From assembly GCA_045656385.1 (NCBI GenBank), contig JAZORB010000025.1:1-41210 (forward strand): a DNA stretch of 41,210 bases, written 5' to 3'. A program made the translations under genes and the position numbers. The notes beneath the pieces were generated by a model that was not told the origin of the DNA, did no database searches, and saw nothing but the letters and a program-made list of their open reading frames with translations. How positions within the stretch are numbered: the first letter of the stretch is position 1; each line of letters opens with the position of its first letter. This document shows positions 7,425-13,627 of the stretch, one piece after another. This stretch comes from Eubacteriales bacterium (GTDB lineage: Bacteria > Bacillota > Clostridia > Oscillospirales > CAG-272).

Positions 7425-7774
7425 TCCTGTTCCTCCAGCATCTTTTTCGCTCGGGCAATTTCCGCTTGGGTGAGCCCTCTGAATTCTTCTCCATCCTCGG
7501 CGAGAATCACCATGTTTCCGACAACCACGTCGGCAGGGAAAGCGATGTTCGGTTCCATCTCCAAAAACTTGCCGTCCTCGTTGCAGATCATCAAGAGACC
7601 GCCGAAGTGAACGACCTCGATGTGCCCCCGCACAAGCCCTTGCAGAGCTTCAAGGGTGTTGTCGATGACCCTTTCTTCGGGTGGCTTTCCGACCTCTTTA
7701 TAGAGGACGCGGATGCGGCAATTACAAGCCTCGTTTGCGTCGAGATTGGCGCCGCAAAATTCACATTGTTTCAT
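7418..7774 (-). CDS. DUF3846-like protein with N-terminal Cys cluster
   Basis: NTLEALQGLV.G.IE....GLLMICNEDGK pattern. Confidence 0.45.
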   Translation of the reverse strand: MKQCEFCGANLDANEACNCRIRVLYKEVGKPPEERVIDNTLEALQGLVRGHIEVVHFGGLLMICNEDGKFLEMEPNIAFPADVVVGNMVILAEDGEEFRGLTQAEIARAKKMLEEQEC

Positions 7775-7789
7775 TTTTTGTTCCTCCTA

Positions 7790-7817
7790 TTGACATTTGA
7801 AATAAAAGTGATATAAT
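7790..7817 (+). promoter_or_regulatory. Consensus sigma-70/sigma-A type promoter facing against the early operon
   Basis: TTGACA (7790-7795), 16-nt spacer, TGaTATAAT (7809-7817). Confidence 0.6.
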
Positions 7818-7823
7818 AGAAGG

Positions 7824-7889
7824 CGAATAGGTGGGGACTTATTCGCCTGCGGCAGGATCGTTTTCGGACGGCTTGCCGCTTTTTCTTTT
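7824..7889 (+). ncRNA. Candidate ~65-nt antisense small RNA
   Basis: Starts just after the consensus promoter. Hairpin GGCGAATA/TATTCGCC (7822-7847), then GCGGCA/TGCCGC (7849-7879) followed by TTTTTCTTTT. Confidence 0.4.
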
Positions 7890-7917
7890 GGTTTCCTGTG
7901 CCATTTTTCTTTCTCCT

Positions 7918-8190
7918 TTATGTTAAATATTTTAAGAAGGTATCATCAAGGCAATCGCGGCAGTAGATGTCGCCGTTGATCTCGTAAAGATCCTCGGACT
8001 CTATCCCACAGCAATCGCAAGCATCCGCGTCAACGCGGCGGGCGAGGGTGCATTCCTCGCAGTAGATCTTCCCATCGATCTCGTATGCGCGCTCCTCCCA
8101 AATCGTCTGACCGCAATGGCGGCATTTTGGGCACTTTTTTTCAGCGCGCGAGACCTCATCCATATGAAGTTCAAGGTAGTATTCGTTCAT
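7918..8190 (-). CDS. Double zinc-ribbon protein (internal repeat YEIDGKIYCEEC / YEINGDIYCRDC)
   Basis: ORF track, CxxC pairs, ATGA coupling. Confidence 0.6.
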   Translation of the reverse strand: MNEYYLELHMDEVSRAEKKCPKCRHCGQTIWEERAYEIDGKIYCEECTLARRVDADACDCCGIESEDLYEINGDIYCRDCLDDTFLKYLT

Positions 8191-8423
8191 CGTTTTTTCC
8201 TCAGTTCGCGCAGAACGTCAAGGATCTCGCCGATGCATGCGTTCGCCTCGACCAGAGCTTGACGGGCATCCTCAAGCGGCTCGTTGTGTTCCTTCAAGTA
8301 GATGATCATCTGCTCGTAGAAGATCTTATCCCCTTGATGCTTTTCAAGCTCTTCGCGGAGCTTCTTGGGATCTCCGCCGCACCGCAGAACGGCTAAGTGC
8401 GCAACCATATCAGCAGACTCCAT
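8187..8423 (-). CDS. Hypothetical protein
   Basis: AAGGAGG RBS. Confidence 0.6.
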   Translation of the reverse strand: MESADMVAHLAVLRCGGDPKKLREELEKHQGDKIFYEQMIIYLKEHNEPLEDARQALVEANACIGEILDVLRELRKKR

Positions 8424-8637
8424 TTGCTCTTTCCTCCTTCCATTTTTCCATTACTTCAAGGCGAACGGTAAAGCCCTCCATCGCCTTCGCGATCGTTTCA
8501 CGCGCCTCTGCGTCTGACTCCTTGTAGATCTCCCGCATCGACTTAATAAAGGCGCGCGTCCTCTCGATCTCCTTGTCGACCTCGTCAGGGTGACGCTCAC
8601 ACCATCTGCGGTGCGCCTCGGTTCTCCAATCGTTCAC
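8410..8637 (-). CDS. Hypothetical protein (start ambiguous: GTG at 8637 in a GTGA overlap, or GTG at 8673)
   Basis: ORF track. AAGGATGG precedes the 8637 GTG. Confidence 0.5.
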   Translation of the reverse strand: MNDWRTEAHRRWCERHPDEVDKEIERTRAFIKSMREIYKESDAEARETIAKAMEGFTVRLEVMEKWKEERANGVC

Positions 8638-8888
8638 GCCAGCACCATCCTTCCGTTCATGTTTGTGTACCACAGATAGAAGGTCACCGTGGGGATTACC
8701 ATCACGCGGTATCCTCCGTCTTCTTTTTGATACGCAAAGCCGAAGGGCGCGTTTCCTCTCATCAGAGCCGCCTTCAATCCCTCGTCGTTCATACCGAGGA
8801 AGACCGCGACCTCCGCGAGAGGTAGCTTTGTCGGGTGTCTTTCAACAAGGGCTTCAAGCTCCTCGATCTTCTTTTTGATAATCTCCAT
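8634..8888 (-). CDS. Putative small DNA-binding protein (excisionase-like HTH?)
   Basis: AAGGAG RBS before MEIIKKK. LPLAEVAVFLGMNDEGLK segment. Confidence 0.35.
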   Translation of the reverse strand: MEIIKKKIEELEALVERHPTKLPLAEVAVFLGMNDEGLKAALMRGNAPFGFAYQKEDGGYRVMVIPTVTFYLWYTNMNGRMVLA

Positions 8889-8922
8889 GTTGTTCTCCTT
8901 TGTAATAGAATAGGTGGGGGAT

Positions 8923-8937
8923 TGTGCTTTAAGCACA
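8923..8937. promoter_or_regulatory. Operator-like 15-bp palindrome TGTGCTTtAAGCACA (distal copy)
   Basis: Identical to 9155-9169. Overlaps the cro-like stop codon. Confidence 0.5.
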
Positions 8938-9132
8938 GCCTGTCGGCAAAAAAATAAGGTCGTCTACAGATACGCCGAACACGGAAGCGAGCTTCTTTCC
9001 TGTCTCGATGTCAGGAACGCTCTTGCCTGCCTCATAGTTTTGGATGGTATTTTTTGACTTTCCTACCTGTTTTGCCACTTCCTCTTGGGTCATCTTCATG
9101 TTGACCCTTGCAGCCTTCAATGTAAGTTTCAT
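8929..9132 (-). CDS. Cro-like XRE-family HTH regulator (67 aa)
   Basis: MTQEEVAKQVGKSKNTIQNYEAG. GGAGGAAAAC RBS. Divergent from the CI-like gene. Confidence 0.75.
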   Translation of the reverse strand: MKLTLKAARVNMKMTQEEVAKQVGKSKNTIQNYEAGKSVPDIETGKKLASVFGVSVDDLIFLPTGCA

Positions 9133-9154
9133 GTTTTCCTCCTTCTTTCGAGTC

Positions 9155-9169
9155 TGTGCTTTAAGCACA
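9155..9169. promoter_or_regulatory. Operator-like 15-bp palindrome TGTGCTTtAAGCACA (promoter-proximal copy)
   Basis: Lies between the -10 of the leftward promoter and the cro-like RBS. Confidence 0.55.
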
Positions 9170-9174
9170 ACCCA

Positions 9175-9203
9175 ATAATAACACAATGTTTTTCACTTGT
9201 CAA
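9175..9203 (-). promoter_or_regulatory. Leftward early promoter
   Basis: TTGACA (9198-9203), 17 nt, TATTAT (9175-9180), read on the minus strand. Confidence 0.6.
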
Positions 9204-9234
9204 TACTTTTAGCAAAAATTTTTTGGTTTTTCTG

Positions 9235-9263
9235 TTGACTTTTTGTGCTTTTGGTGCTACAAT
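9235..9263 (+). promoter_or_regulatory. Rightward repressor promoter
   Basis: TTGACT, 17 nt, TGcTACAAT. The spacer contains operator half-site TGTGCTT (9244-9250). Confidence 0.55.
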
Positions 9264-9285
9264 AAGCCCGAGAGGTGATAAAGAT

Positions 9286-9621
9286 ATGGACAACAAGAAT
9301 GTTTTTGCCGCCAATTTAAGAAGATATATGGAAGCAAACGGAAAGAGCCGAACGGATATAAGCAACGCACTGAATGTAAGCTATTTCACCGTATCGGATT
9401 GGGTGAACGGAAAAAAATATCCGAGAATGGACAAGGTGGAATTGCTGGCAAACCTCTTTGGAATCCAAAAGTCCGACTTGATCGAGGACAAGCAACAGGA
9501 GCCGACAGAGGAAGAAACCGTATCCCCCGACGAGCAGATGCTCCTTGACCTATTCCGCCTTGTCCCTGATGAGCAGAAGGATATGGTGCTTTCGATGATC
9601 AAGGCGGCACTTGGAAAATAA
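9286..9621 (+). CDS. CI-like XRE-family repressor (111 aa, no peptidase domain)
   Basis: RRYMEANGKSRTDISNALNVSYFTVSDWVNGKKYP HTH. Divergent from the cro-like gene. Confidence 0.75.
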   Translation: MDNKNVFAANLRRYMEANGKSRTDISNALNVSYFTVSDWVNGKKYPRMDKVELLANLFGIQKSDLIEDKQQEPTEEETVSPDEQMLLDLFRLVPDEQKDMVLSMIKAALGK

Positions 9622-9653
9622 TTTTTGGAAAACAATTCAAGGAAGTAGGCTTT

Positions 9654-10757
9654 ATGTGGTTTATTATTATTGTTGTTGTAGGTATAATCATTTGGATGGT
9701 GGTTGCCGCGTTGAAATCAGAATCCAAAGAAAGCGATTTACGATCAGATCTTAATGACCCGCGTGTTAAAAAAATTGTTGATGATTTTTGCGACTCGTGC
9801 TTTAATTCTATTGAAAGCGCGTGGACTTTGATGGAAGACGAAAAACTTTGTCGGAAGTTGCATGACAACGAGTCAAACATTAGGAGTCTCATACAGAAAA
9901 AAACAAGGTTGCTTTTTACGTTAGGTTCATCCGAAAAAAGAAACGAATTTTCTTTCCTTATACTCATACAGGGATTTGCCTATTCTTATTATCTTTTGCT
10001 TGATTTGCAATATTCTTTCCCTGAAAACGTTGATGAAGACCAGATCACGCAAGCAATGGCAAAGGTTCTTTTGGACATAGGTTTTTCTGCGGATGGAGAC
10101 ACAGACTTAGACGAATTGATATCACGCAGGGGAGAGATTGTTCGCGTTACGCTTGATCGTCTTAGAATGCAATATAATGCGAACAAACAAAATGGGCGCA
10201 TTCCTTTGGGAAGCATAATGGCGAACATTGACAAGGACCATCAAATTGAAAAAATACAACTTGACGGCATCTTAGAAAGAGTCATCCAACACATTAAAAA
10301 CTCAGGCAGACAAGTAAGAGAAGCGGCATTTTACATAGCCGTTCCGATCAAACTGCTGCTTGAGAAGGCGGAAAAGATTGAGCATTACGGAATGAAATCG
10401 CCGATACGCGGTGAGCGCGCGATCGTAAATGCCGCCGTTTTTTTGATTTTTAGATTGCGATCTATAATGGAAGATTTTTACGATGATGCGTTTATGCTTG
10501 ATTTCGATGAAATGGTTTTGCCAGTTATGCGGGCTTTCTTTCACTCCGAACTTTGCATTGATATTGTTAAAATAACGAGGATCACCGTATTCTCGCTGGA
10601 CGAATACGAGCGACTGTCCTATGGCGAATCGAGCGAGAATTTTGACACCCTTTACGAAAAACTATACGAGCTTATTGGCTACAGTCCCAGTGGGTTGAGA
10701 GAGACAATCGAAAATATCATAGAAACTCAACGGGATTATTTCGAAAATGCAAAATAA
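9654..10757 (+). CDS. Membrane-anchored all-helical protein of unknown function (367 aa) in a low-GC island
   Basis: N-terminal TM WFIIIVVVGIIIWMVVAAL. Follows the repressor with only a 32-nt gap. AT-rich. Confidence 0.7.
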   Translation: MWFIIIVVVGIIIWMVVAALKSESKESDLRSDLNDPRVKKIVDDFCDSCFNSIESAWTLMEDEKLCRKLHDNESNIRSLIQKKTRLLFTLGSSEKRNEFSFLILIQGFAYSYYLLLDLQYSFPENVDEDQITQAMAKVLLDIGFSADGDTDLDELISRRGEIVRVTLDRLRMQYNANKQNGRIPLGSIMANIDKDHQIEKIQLDGILERVIQHIKNSGRQVREAAFYIAVPIKLLLEKAEKIEHYGMKSPIRGERAIVNAAVFLIFRLRSIMEDFYDDAFMLDFDEMVLPVMRAFFHSELCIDIVKITRITVFSLDEYERLSYGESSENFDTLYEKLYELIGYSPSGLRETIENIIETQRDYFENAK

Positions 10758-10824
10758 CAGTCCGTCACAACATACTACAAACAATTGTAATGACTTTTGT
10801 AATGATATCATAATATCAAAAAAA

Positions 10825-10846
10825 GAAACCCCCTTTCGGGGGATTC
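10825..10846 (-). terminator. Hairpin GAAaCCCCC-tttc-GGGGGaTTC with U-run on the minus strand
   Basis: Followed on the minus strand by tttcttttttt. Weaker for the plus strand. Confidence 0.6.
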
Positions 10847-10849
10847 TCT

Positions 10850-10987
10850 TTATACAACGACGGTCACATACAATGGCTTTTTTGGGGATATGATTTCCAC
10901 GATGATTTTTATCGCCGTTTCGAGCGCCTTTCTCGGATCGGTGTGTTCCCTGATGGTCTTGAGAAGCTCTTTTTCTTTTTCAGTCAT
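10850..10987 (-). CDS. 45-aa ORF (MTEKEKELLKTIREHTDPRKALETAIKIIVEIISPKKPLYVTVVV)
   Basis: Not in the track (<60 aa). AAGGAGG 10 nt upstream. Terminator immediately downstream. Confidence 0.45.
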   Translation of the reverse strand: MTEKEKELLKTIREHTDPRKALETAIKIIVEIISPKKPLYVTVVV

Positions 10988-11125
10988 TTTTCGTGACCCT
11001 CCTTTTCTTTGATCCCATTATAACGCACACGAATAAAAATCGCAATTGCCAAAAACGCACTTTCACTCCTCGCATTTTCCGAAATGAAAAGACAAAAAAT
11101 AATATAAAAAAGGATAAAAACGCAA

Positions 11126-11575
11126 ATGAGCAAGCAACTTTCTATCCCCGCAGGGGCTGAACAATGGCTAATTAACCTGATCGAATTAAAAAACAGGACA
11201 GACGTGACGATCAGACAGATCGCCGAGAAGGAAAACTTGGCGGAAAAGTCGGTTCAGAACGTGTTTTACGGAAAGGCGAAGAATCCCGGTGTCGATCTCG
11301 TCCGCAGGATCGTCCATGCGCTCGGCGGTTCTTGGACGGAGATCTTCGCGGAAACCTGCGCTGTCATCGGCTCGCAAGACCTCGCAAGCTTACAAGAGGA
11401 AAACGCCGAGCTGAGGGTTTGCATCGACGGCTTGAAGATTGACCTTGAGATGGAGCGGAAGAAAAATGCGACGCTTGAAAGCGAAAAAAACATGCTTACA
11501 GTCAAGCTTGAGTACGAACAAAAGATAAATAACCTCCACGATATCTATGGGAAGCTGTTGCAGAGGACGGAGTAA
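11126..11575 (+). CDS. HTH plus coiled-coil protein, translationally coupled to the integrase
   Basis: N-terminal TIRQIAEKENLAEKSVQNVFYG HTH-like segment, C-terminal heptad-rich region. TAATG overlap with int. Confidence 0.55.
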   Translation: MSKQLSIPAGAEQWLINLIELKNRTDVTIRQIAEKENLAEKSVQNVFYGKAKNPGVDLVRRIVHALGGSWTEIFAETCAVIGSQDLASLQEENAELRVCIDGLKIDLEMERKKNATLESEKNMLTVKLEYEQKINNLHDIYGKLLQRTE

Positions 11576-12624
11576 TGCCAAGACCGAAAAAGTCCAACCG
11601 TTCCGACGGACGGTATGAGATCAAGCGCCCTGTCTCCGTTGGAACAGATGGGAAGACGACGAGAAAGTCATTTTACGGAAAAAACAAAGACGAGGCGCTT
11701 GAATCGTATCGCGCCTTCCTCGAAGAAGAAGAGAGACACAAGCGCGAGAGGGTGAGAACCCCGTTCCCCAAATGGGTAGACGAGTGGCTATACACCTATA
11801 AAGAGCCTGACGTAAAGCCGACGACCTTCCTCACGACTTATGAGAGACCATGCCGCAACTACATCATCCCCTACTTCAAAGACGTGTATTTACAGGACAT
11901 CACACCTCTGACGATCAAGTCGTTCATCAATTCGATATCAGACCGCTCTCAATCGCTCCTCGATAAGATCGTCATTTGCCTGCGCGGGATCTTTGAGACG
12001 GCGATGGACAACGACTTGACCTCAAAAAACCCTTGTAGAAACATCGATGCCAAGTCTCGCGCGACAAAGGGTGAGAAGCGCGTCTACGATAAGGCGTCGG
12101 TCGACTTCCTCTGTTCCTCCGACCACAAGTACGGTCTCCTCGTCCACATACTTCTGCGGATGGGACTCCGCTGCTCCGAGCTTTGCGGCCTGAAATGGGA
12201 GGACGTCGATTTTGATAAAGGGAGGCTTACCGTCGAGAGGGCGTTGACGACGGAGGGCGGGCGCGTTTACATCGGCGACCCCAAGAGCTTCAATTCGAGA
12301 AGGACTCTGCCGATCCCGGATGACCTCTTGATCAAGATGAGGGAGGATCGTGGGGAGGGTTTTATAGCGATGCTGAACGGTCACCACATCACGCCCGATC
12401 ACTTTGCCGAGCGTCAGCTTGAGGCGTTCTATAACTATATGAAGGTAGACAAGGATCTCCGCCTCTCGACGCACGAGCTTCGGCACACCTGCGGCACCCT
12501 GCTCTATGAGGAAACCCGAGACATCTACCACGTATCCCGCTTCCTCGGTCACTCGGACATATCGATCACGTCCAAGACCTACGTTCATTCCGAGATGACT
12601 CAACGGAAGGTAAATATCCTATAA
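11575..12624 (+). CDS. int: Tyrosine integrase
   Basis: LLRMGLRCSEL, HELRHTCGTLLY, GHSDISITSKTYVH catalytic-region motifs. Confidence 0.92.
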   Translation: MPRPKKSNRSDGRYEIKRPVSVGTDGKTTRKSFYGKNKDEALESYRAFLEEEERHKRERVRTPFPKWVDEWLYTYKEPDVKPTTFLTTYERPCRNYIIPYFKDVYLQDITPLTIKSFINSISDRSQSLLDKIVICLRGIFETAMDNDLTSKNPCRNIDAKSRATKGEKRVYDKASVDFLCSSDHKYGLLVHILLRMGLRCSELCGLKWEDVDFDKGRLTVERALTTEGGRVYIGDPKSFNSRRTLPIPDDLLIKMREDRGEGFIAMLNGHHITPDHFAERQLEAFYNYMKVDKDLRLSTHELRHTCGTLLYEETRDIYHVSRFLGHSDISITSKTYVHSEMTQRKVNIL

Positions 12625-12635
12625 AAACGAATTTA

Positions 12636-12901
12636 TGTCGTCAATTTGTCGTCAAAAGCAAGAAAAAGCCTTGATATATCAAGGTTTGTGGTAGTGTTCA
12701 AATCTCTCCTTCTCCGCCAAAAAGAGTGGGTAGAAAGTACCTAAAAAGTGGGTACAATCTACTCACTTTTTCTTTATCTATAAGGCTTTTTCCTACTTTT
12801 TACCTACTTTTTACCTACTCTTTAAGTCGTCAAATTTGTCGTCAATTTTTATAAAAACTGTCGTCAAATGTCGTCAAAAGTGTCGTCAGAAATCTCGTCA
12901 G
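12636..12901 (+). other. attP-like region: 8 x (T)GTCGTCA(A/G), a 16-bp palindrome, a tRNA 3'-end mimic, and 2 direct + 4 inverted AAAAAGTGGGTA-like sites
   Basis: Coordinates are given in the findings. Immediately downstream of int. Confidence 0.6.
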
Positions 12902-13064
12902 AAAAAACGCCGTTTTTTTCGATTTCAAAGTGGACTTCAATTCGCTATAAAAATATCCAATAAATGCCAAGAAAGAAAGGTCGAGGTTTACGCCCCTGCC
13001 TTTTTTATTTTTCCACAAAAATTATTTGTAGCATATCATTACAGTTTTTTGTAGTATAAAAATA

Positions 13065-13129
13065 ACGCCATCCGAGTGATCGGGGGCGTTTTTTCTTTGT
13101 CCCACGCGCTGGGACTCTATTTTTCTTTT
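13065..13129 (+). terminator. Two tandem hairpin/T-run terminators upstream of the late promoter
   Basis: ACGCC..GGCGT + TTTTTTCTTT, then GTCCCAcgcgcTGGGAC + tctATTTTTCTTTT. Confidence 0.55.
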
Positions 13130-13138
13130 CAAAAAAGC

Positions 13139-13167
13139 ATTGCACTGTGAAACCAAAATGATAAGAT
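13139..13167 (+). promoter_or_regulatory. Late promoter copy 1 (conserved 22-mer ATTGCACTGTGAAACCAAAATG + TAAGAT)
   Basis: TTGCAC, 16 nt, TGaTAAGAT. The 22-mer is repeated exactly at 27279-27300. Confidence 0.5.
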
Positions 13168-13189
13168 AAGGGCATAAGGAGGTGATAGC

Positions 13190-13627
13190 GTGGCTGTCCC
13201 TAAAAAACAACGAGAGGCAAACGGCTACTTTGCAGAGGGCAACGACCTTGCAAAGGAACACTATTTTCAGCCGGGTAATGACGGCGGCACAAAATACAAA
13301 CCCGAATATGCCAAAAAGCTTATAGAGTATTTCAAAGATCACGAAGGCTTCCCTACGCTTGAGAACTTTGCGGGCATCGAGCTTGGTGTTTCGATCAACA
13401 CAATAACCAACTGGGCTAAGGATCATCCTGAATTCGACGAGGCTGTTACGATCGCCAAGACCATCCAACTTGGCAAGATGCACGAGGGCACGATGATGAA
13501 GAGGTACGATGCGACATATGCGCGCTTCCTCGCCATCAATAACCACGGTATGACGGATAAGTCACAGGTCGATATCGGCAATAAGGATGACGAGGGCTTC
13601 AAGGTAACGGTGACGGTGGATGACTGA
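13190..13627 (+). CDS. terS: Terminase small subunit
   Basis: GTG start after AGGAGG. HTH-like SINTITNWAKDHPEF. Directly upstream of and overlapping TerL. Confidence 0.65.
   Translation: MAVPKKQREANGYFAEGNDLAKEHYFQPGNDGGTKYKPEYAKKLIEYFKDHEGFPTLENFAGIELGVSINTITNWAKDHPEFDEAVTIAKTIQLGKMHEGTMMKRYDATYARFLAINNHGMTDKSQVDIGNKDDEGFKVTVTVDD

Noticed and set aside
7839-7904. The 21-codon micro-ORF plus antisense RNA as a type I toxin-antitoxin
   Set aside because: The peptide (MAQETKRKSGKPSENDPAAGE) is hydrophilic and lacks the hydrophobic helix of type I toxins. It is kept only as a possible leader peptide within the sRNA finding.
8923-8937. The palindrome after the cro-like gene as an intrinsic terminator
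   Set aside because: Seven-bp arms are separated by a single nucleotide, so no stable hairpin loop can form, and there is no U-run. The identical sequence at the promoter-proximal site argues for a protein operator.
10784-10805. Short direct repeat TTGTAATGA x2 after the 367-aa gene, and the AACGCA boxes at about 11010-11125
   Set aside because: These are too short and AT-rich to separate from chance. The AACGCA boxes are mentioned only as context in the divergent-pair finding.
12683-12719. Possible tRNA gene
   Set aside because: Only the T-loop, 3' T-stem, 3' acceptor strand and CCA can be parsed. The 5' T-stem partner does not pair, and there is no D-arm, anticodon arm or 5' acceptor strand upstream. 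I interpret it as an attP core fragment, not a gene.
12825-12901. Possible CRISPR-like array of GTCGTCAA repeats
   Set aside because: The units are only 8-9 nt with 1-13-nt gaps. That is far below CRISPR repeat/spacer sizes. The pattern is typical of protein arm-binding sites.
12836-13054. 72-aa plus-strand ORF (..KCRQKCRQKSRQKKRR..) downstream of int
   Set aside because: Its 'protein' is just the translation of the GTCGTCA repeat array and AT-rich spacer. It has no RBS and lies in the attP-like region.
13022-13546. 174-aa minus-strand ORF antisense to terS and the late promoter
   Set aside because: It crosses terminators and the promoter, has no RBS, and has an unconvincing composition. 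terS on the plus strand has the RBS and an HTH-like motif.
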